The notes under the pieces were generated by a model. That model had not been told where the DNA came from. It saw only the letters and a list, made by a program, of their open reading frames with translations, and did no database searches. Positions 38,521-52,540 of a stretch of 64,000 nt of DNA are shown here, piece by piece. The stretch is from Octopus vulgaris. Taxonomy: Eukaryota. Position numbers and translations under genes: made by a program. Location: NCBI GenBank assembly GCA_951406725.2, contig OX597819.1, positions 125,240,001 to 125,304,000 on the forward strand, given 5' to 3'. Numbering within the stretch: position 1 is the stretch's first letter; each line of letters opens with the position of its first letter.

Positions 38521-40971
38521 TGAGGCTCGGCTTCCTATATATATATATGTACATATATATATATACATGTGTGTGTGTGTGTGCATGTATGCATATGTGT
38601 TTGTATTTTTTATGCTTGTCATACACACACACACACACACCCTGCTTCACAGCCAGTATTGGTTTGTTTATATCCCTGTAACATAGTTGTTCAGCAAAAG
38701 AGACCAACAGCATAAGTACCAGACTAACAAAATATTAAGTCCTGGGGTTGATTCATTTGACTAAACCTATCAAGGTGGTGCCCCAGCGTGGCCACAGTCC
38801 AATGGCTGAGACAAATTAACAAACCATTTATTTTAGTTCAACTTCAACATAGGTCCTTGTCAGTTATTGTCTCAGAGCATGTCTGTTCTATTGCTGTTGG
38901 TGTCGTTCAAGATGTCCTAGCTACATCATCATCATCATTTAACGTCTGTTCTCCATGCTAGCATGAATTGGATGGGTCGACCGGGGGATCTGAGAAGCCA
39001 GGAGGCTGCACCAGGCTCCAGTCAATCTGTAATCTAAGACTAGTGAGTAGAGCTGATTAAGATGGAAGTCGGAGCGGCAAGAGCAGGAGTAGAAGACTAG
39101 ACACAAGAGAACAAGAAACAAAATAAGCAAAAAAAGAAAAAAAATACGGGATCATATTTTCCCATCTTGGATGTCCTGAGTTCTTTTGACAATCTGAGTT
39201 CATTGTCAACCAGGCTGCTGCTGCCTTGCCATGCTTGCTGCTTCTCCTGCTGCCGGTGCTGCTTTTATTGTTCTTCAAGGATGTATTGTTGGGACAACCA
39301 AATACAGAAAAAAACTAGCTTTGTCTAGAAATAAAATAAAATAATATTAAAAAGTAAAAGAAAACAATCTTTGCTCTAAGTTATCTAACTCTACACTCCT
39401 TCCTCTCCTCAGACACCTTTTCCTTCCTCTCTCTCTCTTCCTCTTCTTCCCACTCCCCTACATTTTCTCTTTCTCCTCCTACTGTGATGCTGATGTAACA
39501 ACAATCTACTACCACCAACATCACCACCACAACCATCACAACAACCACCTGCCTTATCCCTTATTTTAAAGACATAGTAAAACAATATAGCAGAGGAGGT
39601 CGTCTGGGGGAGAAAGAGGATGTATATAGGATGTGTATGAGGCAGGGGTGCATAGAGTTTTGGCTGGCCCTTTGTCACTTTATTGTGTCATCAGTCCCTG
39701 GTTCTTCTGCCTGTTTCCAAGAAGTTTCCTCAGTTATTATTCCGTTTTATTATTAGTATTATCATCATCATCATTTCACCTGAGCAGAATTTCATGGTAA
39801 GATTGGAACCATTACTTTCACTGTTAGAATAAATATAGTTTTTATAGTGCTACTTTGCATGTCAGGAAGTTAAGGACATTTTAGGCACAACTATAAGCAC
39901 ACCTCAGACATGCATAAATTCATATATACATTCATACGTATACATATACACGCACAAAACATACAATTACATTGTCTAGAGCAGATTTTGAAGGCTTTTC
40001 TTTTTATCTTTCTACTGTTAATATCCAGTGATACTTAATAGATAATAGACTAGAACAAAGTAGATAACTTTCACTGGAATATGGTATACTTTGAAAAGTA
40101 GTGGCAGTCGTGGTGGCGGTGTTGGTGGTTTATCCCCAGATCAAATCCTGTTTGAGCAAACCTATGATCAAAGGCATTCCTATATTTTATATATCTAATG
40201 TGTCCTTCATTTTAAAGTTATTAACTAGACTATGACAAAAGGGGAATTTAACTGCTATTTCTAACACGTCAAACAACCACTTAACATTCTTGTTATTGCT
40301 GTTAATGGTAGTGATGGTAGCATTATTGTTTTTTTAACATTGATTTTTGTTGTCATTTTTTTCTTGTCATAATTATTGGAAATGTTGTTGACGAATATTA
40401 TTGTCAATAATGTTGTACTTGTCCTTACTTTCTTCTAAGTTTTCAACTTCATAAAAAACAACAATTAGACAAGGGAATCTACTCTACATGGTCATTTGAT
40501 CTGCTAGAAATACCAGCCAACTCTCCTTCAGTTTATACTTCTGTTTTAGAAAAAACAAAAAAAGGGAGATATTGAACGGTATAGTTTTTGATCTACAGAG
40601 AAGACAGGATGTTCATGGCAAAAATGCCTTTGATCCTAAATATTCTCAATCCGGGATAACCAGGTGCTAAACACCAAGAACAGGAATTGATAAATTAGAC
40701 AACACAAAGACTCCAACTCTAAATCTGACTTCTAACATAACTATATTGCCTTCTGTTTATATAAAGACATTTAACATTGTCACTTTTTAAGATGTATATA
40801 TATATGTTTGTGCACATATGTATCCGCACATGTGTATGTATATTTGGTTTCTGTGTGTAAATCTATTTAAGTATATACATAGACTTTGAAATGTTAAATT
40901 CTCCCTGTTTCTAAATTTCATAATGATATTTTTGAAATTCTAAATGACTTTGGTTATTAAATTATACCAGT

Positions 40972-41331
40972 TTTTCGTCTGCCGCTACATTCTGAGTTCA
41001 AATTCCGCCGAGGTCAACTTTGCCTTTCATCCTTTCGGAGGTCGATTAAATAAGTACCAGTTATGCACTGGGGTCGATATAATCGACTAAATCCCTTTGT
41101 CTGTCTTTGTTTGTCCCCTCTGTGTTTAGCCCCTTGTGGGTAGTAAAGAAATAGGTATTTTGTCTGTCTTTACATTCTGAGTTCAAATTCCGCCGAGGTC
41201 GACTTTGCCTTTCATCCTTTCGGGGTCGATTAAATAAGTACCAGTTACACACTGGGGTCAATGTAATCGACTTAATCCCTTTGTCTATCCTTGTTTGTCC
41301 CCTCCATGTTTAGCCCCTTGTGGGCAGTAAA
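40972..41331 (+). mobile_element. SINE family B, partial dimer
   Basis: Two tandem 3' units ending in an A-run. Confidence 0.8.
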
Positions 41332-42042
41332 AAAAAAAAAAATACTGTATGGAAGGGTTTTATTTATATTTTTATGTTTATGTTATATTTACTTATTTAT
41401 TTATTTGTATATGGTGTAAATGTTATGTACAAGATTTACTATGTCAGAAATAACAGAATAAGTGGTTGAACAAATAATATTGTTCAGCAAGATTTGTTTT
41501 GTTCCAAGTTGCCTTCTACTAACATTGTAATCATTTAATTTAAGAACTGAACAACAAACTCTAAGAACCATTTCATTTGCCAGAACATAAACACTTGCTT
41601 TCTCTTTTTCTCTTTTCTTGAAGTGATCTCAAAATCAGCTTCCAGCTTGTAAAGGCCAAGTTATTTACATTTTGCTTGCAAAGCTGAAATGCAAGACAAA
41701 AATAAATTCAAAAAAAAATTACTCAAATCTTTATAACCTCTCTCCAACATTATCTTCAGCAAAATATTTGTTCTTTAAACCTCAAAGCTTATTGTTCTTT
41801 CTTCTGTACTTGTGTGCGCATGCACATGCGCACACACGTGCGTGTATGTGCTTATGTACATGCACACACACACACACACTTTTGTTTCTATATGTATACA
41901 TCATTTCATATAATGTCTACATTTATGCATGTATGTATGTGTGTGTGTATGCTAAACTTTTTATTTGACAAAAGGTTTAGTTCTGAATATATAAAGTGTT
42001 GAGTAAAATTAAGAATTTCGCTTGTTAATTCAAATAACCATC

Positions 42043-42271
42043 TTAACCCTTTCATTACTGTATATATTTTGTGATGCTCTGTGTTTCTTTCAATTACTTT
42101 GATTATAACAAAGAATTTAGTAAAATAACTTAGTTATCATTAAGCTAGTGTTAGGAACATAAATTGTGACTAAGGTTTGGTGGAAGATTTTAAGATAAAA
42201 TTTATGAAAACAAGACCTTTGTAGTACAGAGCCAGAGCCGGTTTCAGCCAGGTTGATAATGAAAGGGTTAA
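42043..42271 (+). mobile_element. piggyBac-type MITE, second copy
   Basis: TTAA|CCCTTTCATTA...TAATGAAAGGG|TTAA; same interior as 18139; decayed reverse relatives near 4985-5125 and 36615-36743. Confidence 0.85.
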
Positions 42272-43132
42272 AGAACAACTTTACACAAAATCTTTTGTCT
42301 CTTCAGAGGGAAATGCTTGCGTTTCCTTTGCCTTTGCTGATGTACAAACTTGTATCTATGTATATATGCAAATACACTCATTTAACTACAATGATTACTA
42401 TCTATCAACCAATCATAATCTTAGGCATATTATTAATGTCTGTGCTGTATTTTTTTCTTTTATTTGTGGATTTAGTGAATTTTAGTCATATTGGAGTATT
42501 AGTGAATTTCAGTCATATTGGGGTACACTGACTTCAAAGGTTTCAGCCAGTCATATCAAATTGTGATGGAAAGTTTTAATGTGAATTTGAATATGAATAT
42601 TTTGAAAAGGGATGTTATATTATAGAATAAGTGACAGTCTGAAATGGATGTGATTCAAAAGGGATTCAAAAATATCTTTCAATAGTATTTAATTTTAATA
42701 TTCTACATCCTGCTGAAACTCTTTTACTTTTTTTACCTGCAGGTTTAATAAACCTAAAAATAAACCTAAAAATCATGAATGCCTCACTAAGTGATGGTAA
42801 GGCTGTGTAGTTAAGAAGTTTAGAGAATCTTTGTCTTATAATAGTATTTAACATGTCTAAAAGAAGAAACATAGTCTTTGTAATAACTTCAGTTTCAATG
42901 CTATGATGTGTCTGATGAAACATTTTGAAGAAACAGAAGGTCTTGATGGCAGAATCATTAGAATTTCAAATAAAATGCTTTGCAGTATTTGTTCTGCCTT
43001 TCATCCTTCCCGGTTTCAATAAAATAAAGTACCAGTGAAGTACTGGGTCAACTTAATCAACTAACCCTAGTCTTCTGAAATTTCTGGGCCTTATGCTTTT
43101 ATTAGAAAAATTTATTATCATCGTTATTATTA

Positions 43133-43970
43133 TTCAGTAGTTTTATTTTTATAGCGTGCTTTCACTTCACTACCGAGCGCAGCTCTGTGTGCCTTGGGTA
43201 TGTGCTGTGATTTGTTGTGATGCTCTGATGGTTATTGTATGGAAAGTGTTCTGCGTAGGATGTGTGCAGTGCCTAGTAGTGCAATTTTCTGTATGTTATA
43301 TGTGTTTGTAAGTCCTGGTGTTTTTGTTATGTATTTGTCTGAATATTTTTTATCATACTTAATGTGCCTACTATGATAGGAATTGTTTCTGTTTTTAGAT
43401 TCCACATTCGAGTTACCTCTATTTCCAGGTCTTTGTATTTTGAGAGTTTCTCCATTTCTTTTAGAGACATATTGTCATCTGCTGGTATTGATACATCAAT
43501 TAGAAAGCATTTTTCTTCTTCATGATCTCTGACAACTATATCTGGCCTGCTGGCCTTAATTTCTCTATCTGTGTGTATCGGCATATCCCAGAGTATGGTT
43601 GCTTTCTCGTTTTCTATGACCTTTTCTGGTGTGTGCCTATACCATCTTTTTTCTGTTGTTATTCCATAATGTTGGCATAGCTTCCAGTGTATGTAGGTCC
43701 CAACTCTGTCGTGTCTGTGAATATATTCCTTCTTAGCCAGGACTGGGCAGCCAGAGACAATATGATTTATTGTTTCTTGTCCATTTCCACATATTCTGCA
43801 GTTACTTATATTTCTTTTCATTATATATTTTTCGTAATTTCTGGTGGGGAGGCTTTGATCTTGTGCTGCAATTAAAGATCCCTCTGTCTCTGCTTTGAGT
43901 CCTGAGCTTCTCAACCATTGCTGGGATTTTTCTTTTTCTATTTCTTTTGCATTTAGTTTAGTCCATGAAG
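43133..43970 (-). mobile_element. R4/Dong-clade non-LTR retrotransposon, 5'-truncated (RLE domain)
   Basis: ORF 43327-44073: LKAETEGSLIAAQDQ, CRIC...HIVSGC zinc knuckle, RHD, RPDIVV...LIDV, KLSKYKDL; 3' end abuts a TAA-type repeat. Confidence 0.9.
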
Positions 43971-45090
43971 GGGCTTTTCTTGCCATCGTTTTATCATGGT
44001 CCGTTGCTGTTCTAGTTATTATCGTTATTATTATCATTATCGTTATCATCATCATCATCATCATCATCATCATTATTATTATTATTATTATTATTTTATG
44101 TCTGTGTCAAATATTTGCAGTATTTCTTAAACCTTCAAATTAACAAAATTATTAGAAATCCATGGTTGTTGTTTGTAAATCTAGAAAAACAACTGAAATT
44201 TTGGAAATGTTAGAACTCAGTTCACAGAACATTTCTGACAGGATTTGCAATGGAAACCATTATTCTGTGACTTCTGTGATTCTTCATGGCAGCAACCAAA
44301 TAGTAATTAAATCTCCCTCAAATCAAACTCCAACACTATAAAAAAAAAAGTGGCACTTTGGATATTATAGTACTGAATGCACCATATCTGGAAAAAAAAA
44401 TTATGAGATGACCATGGTTAGAATGAAGTTAATTATAATTCTGCTTGATTTGGGTTGCCCTAGGGTTAAACAGGAACAAGGATGTATACACTAACTGGTG
44501 TAATTTTAGATATGTCAAGTGTGAAAAAAAAAAGAAAGAAAAACCAGGATGGTCACAACTAGAACTCCTTAATCAGAGTTCTGCATGATTACATTTCACT
44601 TGGAGAAAATAAAATTCCTGTTCTCAAAGAATTAATACAAATTGAAAATCCATTGGGGCTTGCGAGCACTTTATCAATTTTTTCAATGTAAAGCCCCAAC
44701 AATGAAGTATTGTAAGGCATTCACATAATTTTTGATTGTGCAAAGATTACAGGCAACAGAAATTTAAAAAAACAAATATTAACAACAACAGCAAAATAAT
44801 TGAACAAACAAATGAATTTATTGAAATGAAGTTCCATAGTGAATATTCATAATAATTTCAAATATCAAGTAAAATAATACATAATCAAAGATAGATGTTT
44901 AATTGAACACTTAGAGTGTTATGATAAACCCTTTCATTTGAGGCAAATTGCAATAAATTTGGCATCATCATCATCATCATCATGTATACTGTTCTATATT
45001 ATTTCTCTCTGTTCATCATGACTCTTTGTCTTTTTTTCTGTGACGCTCAACATTCTTCTCTCAGTCATTACCACTTTTTCCCACATTTTC

Positions 45091-45152
<62 letters not shown>

Positions 45153-45181
45153 TTGGATGCGAAGACCTGTTGAGGCAAGGG

Positions 45182-45480
45182 AAATCGAAATCGATCAAAA
45201 ATCAATGGAAATTGTAGTTGTGATACCAGTGCTGGTGGCACGTAAGAGAACCATCCGAACGTGGCCGTTGCCAGCGTCACCTTGACTGGCCTCCGTGCAG
45301 GTGTCACATAAAAAGCCCCCACTACACTCTCGGAGTGGTTGGCGTTAGGATGGGCATCCAGCTGTAGAAACATTGCCAGATCAGACTGGAGCCTGGTGTA
45401 GCCTCCTGGCTTCCCAGACCCCAGTCGAACCATCCAACCCATGCTAGCATGGAAAATGGACGTTAAACGATGATGATGAT
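45182..45480 (+). mobile_element. Retroposon family A with 5' head
   Basis: As 19655. Confidence 0.85.
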
Positions 45481-45859
45481 ATATATGTAAGATGGATAGC
45501 GATTTTCTTTCAGTCGTACACATCTCTATTCCAACCACTGACTTAATTTATACTCGCATCCATTTATAGATATTACTATACTTCTGCAAACACTTTATGT
45601 ATATATAAATAAACTTTCATGTACTTGTGAAAAGACATTTTGAAGTATATTAATTACTACATATATCTTGGTCTATATTTATCTGCTGCTTTGAAAAGTC
45701 AATCTCATCACCCTAATTTTATCTATAGATTTGCAGCACAAAGGTATTTAGTTACTAGTTTTAGTCAACTGTAGTCAAACTAGATAAACTTTATGGTGGT
45801 TAATCCACAGTCATCTTACAAGAATAAAGAAAAAAACAACCAAGTTTAATTATTTATCG

Positions 45860-46165
45860 TCATCATCATCATCGTTTAACGTCTGCTTTCCATGCTAGCA
45901 TGGGTTGGACGTATGACTGAGGGCTGGTGAACCAGATGGCTGCACCAAGCTTCAATCTTGATCTGGCAGAGTTTCCACAGCTGGATGCCCTTCCTAACGC
46001 CAACCACTCCGAGAGTGTAGTGGGTGCTTTTACGTGCCAGTCAGGGGCCAGTCAGGCAGTACTGGCAAGGACCTCGCTCGAATCTTTTACACACGCCACC
46101 AGCACAGGTGCCAGTAAGGCGATGCTGGTAACAATCACGCTCGATTGGTGTCTCTTACGTGCCAT
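45860..46165 (-). mobile_element. Retroposon family A
   Basis: Inverted relative to both neighbours. Confidence 0.85.
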
Positions 46166-46387
46166 GTCTTGTGTAAATGTACAATTTATATAGCTTTAAT
46201 ATTTTTGTTATGAAATATCCAAATATCTGAGACGAATTACTGTTTAAAAGAATTTTGTTTTACCAAATTTTTTGGAGAGGAAATATTTAAAAAAATTTTT
46301 ACATCTACACTTCATTTGGATCAGTTTGATTTCCAGTTGTTATCAAGTGTCTTATTCTTTTGTGTAATTTTCTTCTACTCAATTGAT

Positions 46388-46611
46388 TGTGGCCAATGCC
46401 AGTGCCACCTGATTAGCTCCTGTGCCAGTGGCACGTAAAAAGCACCCACTACACTCTTGGAGTGGTTGGCGTTAGAAAGGGCATCCAGCTATAGAAACAC
46501 TGCCAAATCAGACTAGAGCCTGGTGCAGCCTCCATGGCTTCCAGACCATGGTCGAACCATCCAACCCATGCTAGCGCGGAAAACGGATGTTAAATGATGA
46601 TGATGATGATG
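46388..46611 (+). mobile_element. Retroposon family A
   Basis: Core and tail. Confidence 0.85.
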
Positions 46612-47407
46612 TTTATAGTAGTAGTGACAGATGAAGGGAGGACAAGTTGAAGAATGCACTCGGATGTAAAAAGAGTGATGGCAGTCTAAGTTTATGAGGT
46701 ACAATTTTGATTGGGCTTTGTTTTCTTCCAACCATTTGCAGATTTCTCAGTTCTCAATGAATTGTTTACAAATTTTCCACACTGATGATGAAAATTGCAT
46801 TCATTTTCTTTTTCCTTTGAAAAATGAATAATAAAAAAAAAAATAGAAGCATTTAAAATTACATATTTTTAACCAGTGGAATAAGTCCAGTGTCATTCCA
46901 AATGGAAGTCAAATTTGTTTGTTGTCATGGCAATGCCAGTGTATTGTTGTTTATCCATGTTACCATGGATATACTTGACAAGCAATTTTTTCCATACTTG
47001 CATAACTTGGATGGGAGCTGATTGTGAAGCAGCTTTCATGGTCAGATATTCTTCCTATCACCAAACCCCAATCTGTTTTCAGTGGAGGGATTTTTATATT
47101 CCACAGGTCTTCACAAGGCTCAGAGAATCTAGTTGTCATGTTAACTAGGAATGCAAATATCACCACTGTTTTTTGCTCAAATAGTAACAAACAAAATAGC
47201 AACATTCATATACATTTGCATGCACACACACACAACTGTGTGTGTGTGTATATATAATGGACCTACTGCAGTTTCCATCTACCAAATTTATTTACAAAAC
47301 ATTAGTCAGCCCATGAGTTATAGTAGAAGATACACACCAAAATACTGCAAAGTAGAACTGAAGTAAAATTCATAACCATGCAGCTATACATGTGCTAATT
47401 TTTTTTC

Positions 47408-47579
47408 TATGTATGTATGTGTGTGTGTGTGTATGTGTGTATGTGTGTGTGTATGTGTGTGTGTATGTATATGTGTGTGTGTGTGTGTGTGTGTATGTAT
47501 ATGTGTGTGTGTATGTATATGTGTGTATGTGTATGTATATGTGTGTGTGTGTGTATGTATATATGTGTGTGTGTATGTA

Positions 47580-47613
<34 letters not shown>

Positions 47614-47636
47614 TATGTATGTAAGTATATATATGT
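47408..47636. repeat. (TG)n/(TATG)n microsatellite
   Basis: Direct reading. Confidence 0.95.
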
Positions 47637-47637
47637 A

Positions 47638-47885
47638 CAGGGGTTAGAAAAGATATTGGAAACCCTTTAAAATTTCAAACAAATTTATTTTAATGTGGGG
47701 TAGGACCTCTTTGGCAGTAATTACAGCTTGAATTCTATGAGGTATGGACTCGTACAAAGTTTGAATTGTTTCCAAAGGAAGTTTTGTCCATTCTTCAGCT
47801 AAAAGAGTCTCCAGTTCTTGTAGTAATGATGGTGGAGGATTTCAACTACTTACTTGTTTTCCTAAAATGCACCATAAATGTTTCC
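47638..47885 (-). mobile_element. Tc1-like transposon 3' remnant
   Basis: TA-CAGGGGTTAG terminus; minus strand encodes LQELETLLAEEWTKLPLETIQTLYESIPHRIQAVI, the Tc1 transposase C-terminus. Confidence 0.7.
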
Positions 47886-47889
47886 ACTG

Positions 47890-48240
47890 TAAATGTATGG
47901 AGGGGAGAAAATCAGGTGTAGTGTTGGCGAATCTCAGGAAGCATGGAAGTTTTGAAGGATGCAGTGCTCCGACAACTAACAACTGATGCCGGCAATTTGT
48001 TCCATGCTTCAGCAACTCTTAGCGTGAAAAAAATGTTTCTGAAAGTCATGAGAGCTGTGCTGTTTTCTGACTTTGTAAACATGTCCACGGGTGTTAGACA
48101 GGTGGAGTTTGAAAAGGTGCTCAGAGTTATTGTTTGTAAGATGGTTAATAATTTTATGGGTGTCTGCCAAGTCAGCTGCCAGACATCGGAGTTTCAATGT
48201 GTGCATGCCCACAGAAGTAAGGTGTTCAGAATGAATAATG
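47890..48240 (-). mobile_element. CR1-type LINE RT C-terminal fragment
   Basis: ORF 48009-48212: ...DLADTHKII...NTRGHVYKVRKQHSSHDFQKHFF, followed out of frame by RVAEAWNKLP; typical CR1 C-terminus. Confidence 0.75.
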
Positions 48241-48639
48241 TAAGGTAGACCAGTCCAACACTAGCAATTCTGTCAAGCCATCACTCTGTACTAGTACGTT
48301 TTATCTTTTACTCGTTTCAGTCATTACACTGTGGCCATACTGGGGCACCATCTTGAAGAAGCTTGATTCCAGTACTTACTTTTTTTAAAGCTTGTATCAG
48401 TTTCCCTTACCAAACCACTAAGTAACGGGTCTGTGAACCCACTAACACCAGTCCTCAAGCAGTGATGGAAGATAAACACGCACACATGCGTAACAGGTTT
48501 CTTTCAGTTTCTGTCTGCCAAAACCACCCACATGGCTTTGGTTGGCCCAAGGCTAAAGTAGAAGACACTTGTCCAATATGCCACACAGTGGGACTGAACC
48601 TGGGACCATGTGGTTGGGAAGCAAGCTTCTTATCATATA

Positions 48640-48920
48640 TATTTCTTTACTGCCCACAAGGGGCTAAACACAGAGGGGACAAACAAGGACAGACAAACGG
48701 ATTAAGTCGATTACATCGACCCCAGTGCGTTTGAACTCAGAACGTTACGGCAGACGAGATACCTATTTCTTTACTACCCACAATGGGCTAAACATAGAGG
48801 GGACAAACAAAGACAGACAAAGGGATAAAGTCGATTACATCGACCTCGGCGGAATTTGAACTCAGAACATAACGGCAGATGAAATACAGCTTCGCATTTC
48901 GTCCGACGTGCTAATGATTC
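48640..48920 (-). mobile_element. SINE family B, deleted dimer
   Basis: Reverse match with internal deletions. Confidence 0.7.
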
Positions 48921-49769
48921 ATATAGCCATGCCTTGACCCCAGGGGTTGAAAGACAAAGTTCATTCCAGCAGAATTAAGTTCTGAGTGCAGAGAACTGGA
49001 ATAAATTCTACAAAGCTCTGCCAATTCAACCTCCATTGTGTGAGTGTGTTCTGAAGAAACAGTAAAATATGGAAAATTCATTTCTATTTTGTGTATTTAC
49101 AATATATTAGTTCTGATCCTGTGCAACTGCTTTACATCAATATTTATATAAGATCAGTATTTCACCCCACCTATTTTAACTTTACTGCTCAATATATATA
49201 TCAGTCTATCTACCTATCTTTCTATCTATCTGTCTGTGTCTTAATTGCCCTTCCTTCTCCTCTTTGTTGTTTTTATTTTGCCTCCCTTCCCTAACTCCTG
49301 TTATATAACATACGCCTATATTCATGTAGATATACACGCACCCAGATACCTACACATATATTTATGTATTTAATATTATGTGTGTGTGTGTGTGTATGTG
49401 TGTATTATTTGTGCTTCATTATGCATACACCCAACTAACCTTTATTTTTTTAATTATTTGAAATATTTGTGAAATATTTATGCAAAGTATATTTGATATT
49501 AAGAAATAAATCCCTCGCTCTCTCTCTGTCTCTCTATCTGTGTCTCTCTTTCTCTCTCTCTCTCAAATAGCGCCAAGAAGCAGGTCTTCCAATGTGACGG
49601 TCCTTTTATCTAACATATACACATAACTATTTTTAAGCGCTTGATTGCTATTTCTAGCAGGTTTACACTGACCTTGATCTCTCAGACTTGAAGATTTGAC
49701 ATTGGACTGAATAACCACTATAGCAACTATAACAAAACTATTAGAGGCTGTAGACAGTTCAATATCATT

Positions 49770-49805
<36 letters not shown>

Positions 49806-49818
49806 CTATATCTATCTA

Positions 49819-50454
49819 TCTTTATATATATAAAACTGAGAATGTGTCTGTCTGTCTGTGTGTTTCCCTAAAACTTGAGAACTACACAACCAATTTCATT
49901 CAAATTTTACACATGCCTTACTTAGGGTCCGGTGAGTGTCATCGGCAAAAAACAATGTTCAACTTCTTGCCTAGGGCAAGCCCATAGCAATATCATGTCT
50001 TCTCCACTAAGTGTTAAAAGTGAAACAAAAACATTTCTCTATTTTATGTCAGATACTTTCACTTTAACAATAAAAATAATAATAACAATTGAATTATATG
50101 TAGTAAGTAATAATTAAAATCAAACTAAAGTATGATATAATCATAACATAACAAAAGTAAAAATAGCAATTGGTATAAAATTGCATCAAGGATTTGAACT
50201 TGAATAAGTGGTTTCACATGAATGGGAATAAATTAAAAATAAAATTAGCGTGCAGAAATGGAATAGTCCTACAATTCCAGTCAGTTATATATTTTCAGTA
50301 TTGTTATCACTAGCAATATCAAGATATAACTTTGTATTTTGTATTTTATGTGTAGATGTATATATATAGATGTACATGTAATATGTACACATATATATAC
50401 ACATATATACATGCACTAGCACTATGACCCGGCAACGACGGGTCATAATGCTAG
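49819..50454 (+). mobile_element. Non-autonomous Helitron, related subfamily
   Basis: 5' TC-TTTATATATATAAAA with (TGTC)n; 3' CTAGCACTATGACCCGGCAACGACGGGTCATAATGCTAG; interior differs from copies 1 and 2. Confidence 0.7.
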
Positions 50455-50753
50455 TATATATATATATACAAACAAACTTGTAACACTAGAAACTGGAGCA
50501 AATACCACAAATACCAATGCTCTAACAATTCCACTGATCCACTGCTATGGACTGTTACGTTATTTTATTCATCTGAGAGCATGGATGGGAAAGTTGATCT
50601 CAACAAGATTTGAACTTTGAATTTCGGGAACCAGAAGAAACAGCACAAGGAATTTAGTCCAGCACACTAACAAACACACATGCTCCCATGCACACCGCCC
50701 CACATACACAATTATGTACACACACACACACACACACATGTATTCAAAACATA

Positions 50754-50967
50754 TACTCTCTTTTACTCTTTTACTTGTTTCAGTCATTTGACTGCGGCCA
50801 TGCTGGAGCACCGCCTTTAGTCGAGCAAATCGACCCCGGGACTTATTCTTTTGTAAGCCCAGTACTTATTCCATCAGTCTCTTTTGCCGAACCGCTAAGT
50901 GACGGGGACGTAAACACACCAGCATCATTTGTCAAGCAATGCTAGGGGGACAAACACAGACACACAA

Positions 50968-51010
<43 letters not shown>

Positions 51011-51172
51011 ACAGGCTTCTTTCAGTTTCTGTCTACCAAATCCACTCACAAAGCATTGGTCGGCCCGGGGCTATAGCAGAAGACACTTGCCCAAGATGCC
51101 ACGCAGTGGGACTGAACCCGGAACCATGTGGTTGGTTAGCAAGCTACTTACCACACAGCCACTCCTGCGCCT
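50754..51172 (-). mobile_element. SINE family C
   Basis: As 11216; further decayed copies near 520-745, 32125-32290, 38610-38815 and 48300-48630. Confidence 0.85.
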
Positions 51173-51625
51173 ATATGTATATATGTGGATAGATTGGTAG
51201 GTCTGCATGCACATGAAAGAGGGGGGGACAGAAGGAAAGTTAGCTAAATCACAAGAGGAACTGACATCTTTTATAAAGTGGGAAGATTATGTTCACAGAT
51301 TATGTTCTCTCTCTCTCTCTCTCTCTCTCTTGCAATCTCTACATATTCTAAGTTCTACAGAGTGTCACAGAGTTGGGATGTTTGCTCTGGAAACCTAAGT
51401 ATTCCACCTGTCCAAACTTCATGTAATTGTTCTTAACTTATTCCCCTTCATTGTTATTATTATTACTTTTATTATTGTTCTTGTTCTTGATCTCTTCTAC
51501 CCTCGTGCCAATAAAAACATGCCAATAAAAACATGCCAATAAAAATACCTAAATCACTTCTGTTTATTTGTTCTTTTTTTTTCTTTTATTTGGAAGACTG
51601 ATGATAATAAATCATTAAATTAACT

Positions 51626-51633
51626 CATCATTG

Positions 51634-51669
<36 letters not shown>

Positions 51670-51820
51670 CCACCACCATCATCATCATCATCATCACCAC
51701 CACCATCATCATCACCATCATCATCATTATCACCACCATCATCATCACCACCACCAATACCACCACCATCATCATCATCGTCATCATTATCACCACCATC
51801 AACACCATCATCATCATCAT
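51626..51820. repeat. (CAT/CAC)n trinucleotide repeat
   Basis: Direct reading; ends about 100 nt upstream of the exon D acceptor. Confidence 0.95.
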
Positions 51821-51921
51821 TTATTTATTTATAAAAATCATTCTTGCTTTTATTAATAATAATTTTGTTTTTGTTAACCTTATTAATCTTTAAAACTTCT
51901 TTCGCTTTATTCTTATTTCAG

Positions 51922-52119
51922 ACATACATCGACAAGGGGAATGACTTGGTGGAAGAGGCGTGTATGCTCGCACAGTCTGGGATTTCCACTGACTCTGCAA
52001 CCGGCTATAGGGACCTTGTAAAAGGTCTAAAAGTTCACTTGAAACAATTCATTAAGGATTTAGAAGCAACAAGAGAAAAGGTGGAGGGTACAAGGAAAAT
52101 TTACCGTACTCTGGACAAA
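51922..52119 (+). CDS. Internal exon D of the same RhoGEF (spectrin repeat)
   Basis: Acceptor ttcttatttcAG, donor GTGAGT at 52120; 198 nt, phase 0/0; TYIDKGNDLVEEACML...KIYRTLDK continues the amphipathic helices after a 38.2-kb intron. Confidence 0.85.
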
Positions 52120-52199
52120 GTGAGTTGAAATTTTCAATCCTTTCCTTGTTTTTTTCTTTTGAATTCTATGAAATCTTAATGTGAAATAATATCAGTAAT

Positions 52200-52540
52200 C
52201 TGAGACCCCTTCGGTCAGACACAGACCATGGGATTGCACCTAGAAAGTACCCTCCCAGGCATAAGTCCAAGCAAGGTTGTTTTTTATGGAAGACCAGTAG
52301 TCGCCCATGCATATCAGCCTCCCCTCTCTATGCCAGAAGCGTTATCCAAGGTAAAGGCAACCGCAGATACAGCTTGGCACCTGAGACGTCGCAACTCATT
52401 TCTACAGCTGAGTGAACTGGAGCAACATGAAATATAGTGTCTTGCTCAAGAACACAACACGCAGCCCGGTCCAGGATTTGAGCTCACAACCTCACGATCA
52501 TAAGTTCGACGCTCTAACCACTGAACCATGCGCCTTCACA
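52200..52540 (-). mobile_element. tRNA-derived SINE just downstream of exon D
   Basis: Head GTGAAGGCGCATGGTTCAGTGGTTAGAGCG on -; flanking TATCAGTAAT repeat. Confidence 0.75.

Noticed and set aside
39057-39278. 73-aa minus-strand ORF with a hydrophobic C-terminus (possible nested gene)
   Set aside because: Starts at a non-ATG codon, hydrophobicity comes from a purine-rich low-complexity tract, and there is no recognisable homology.
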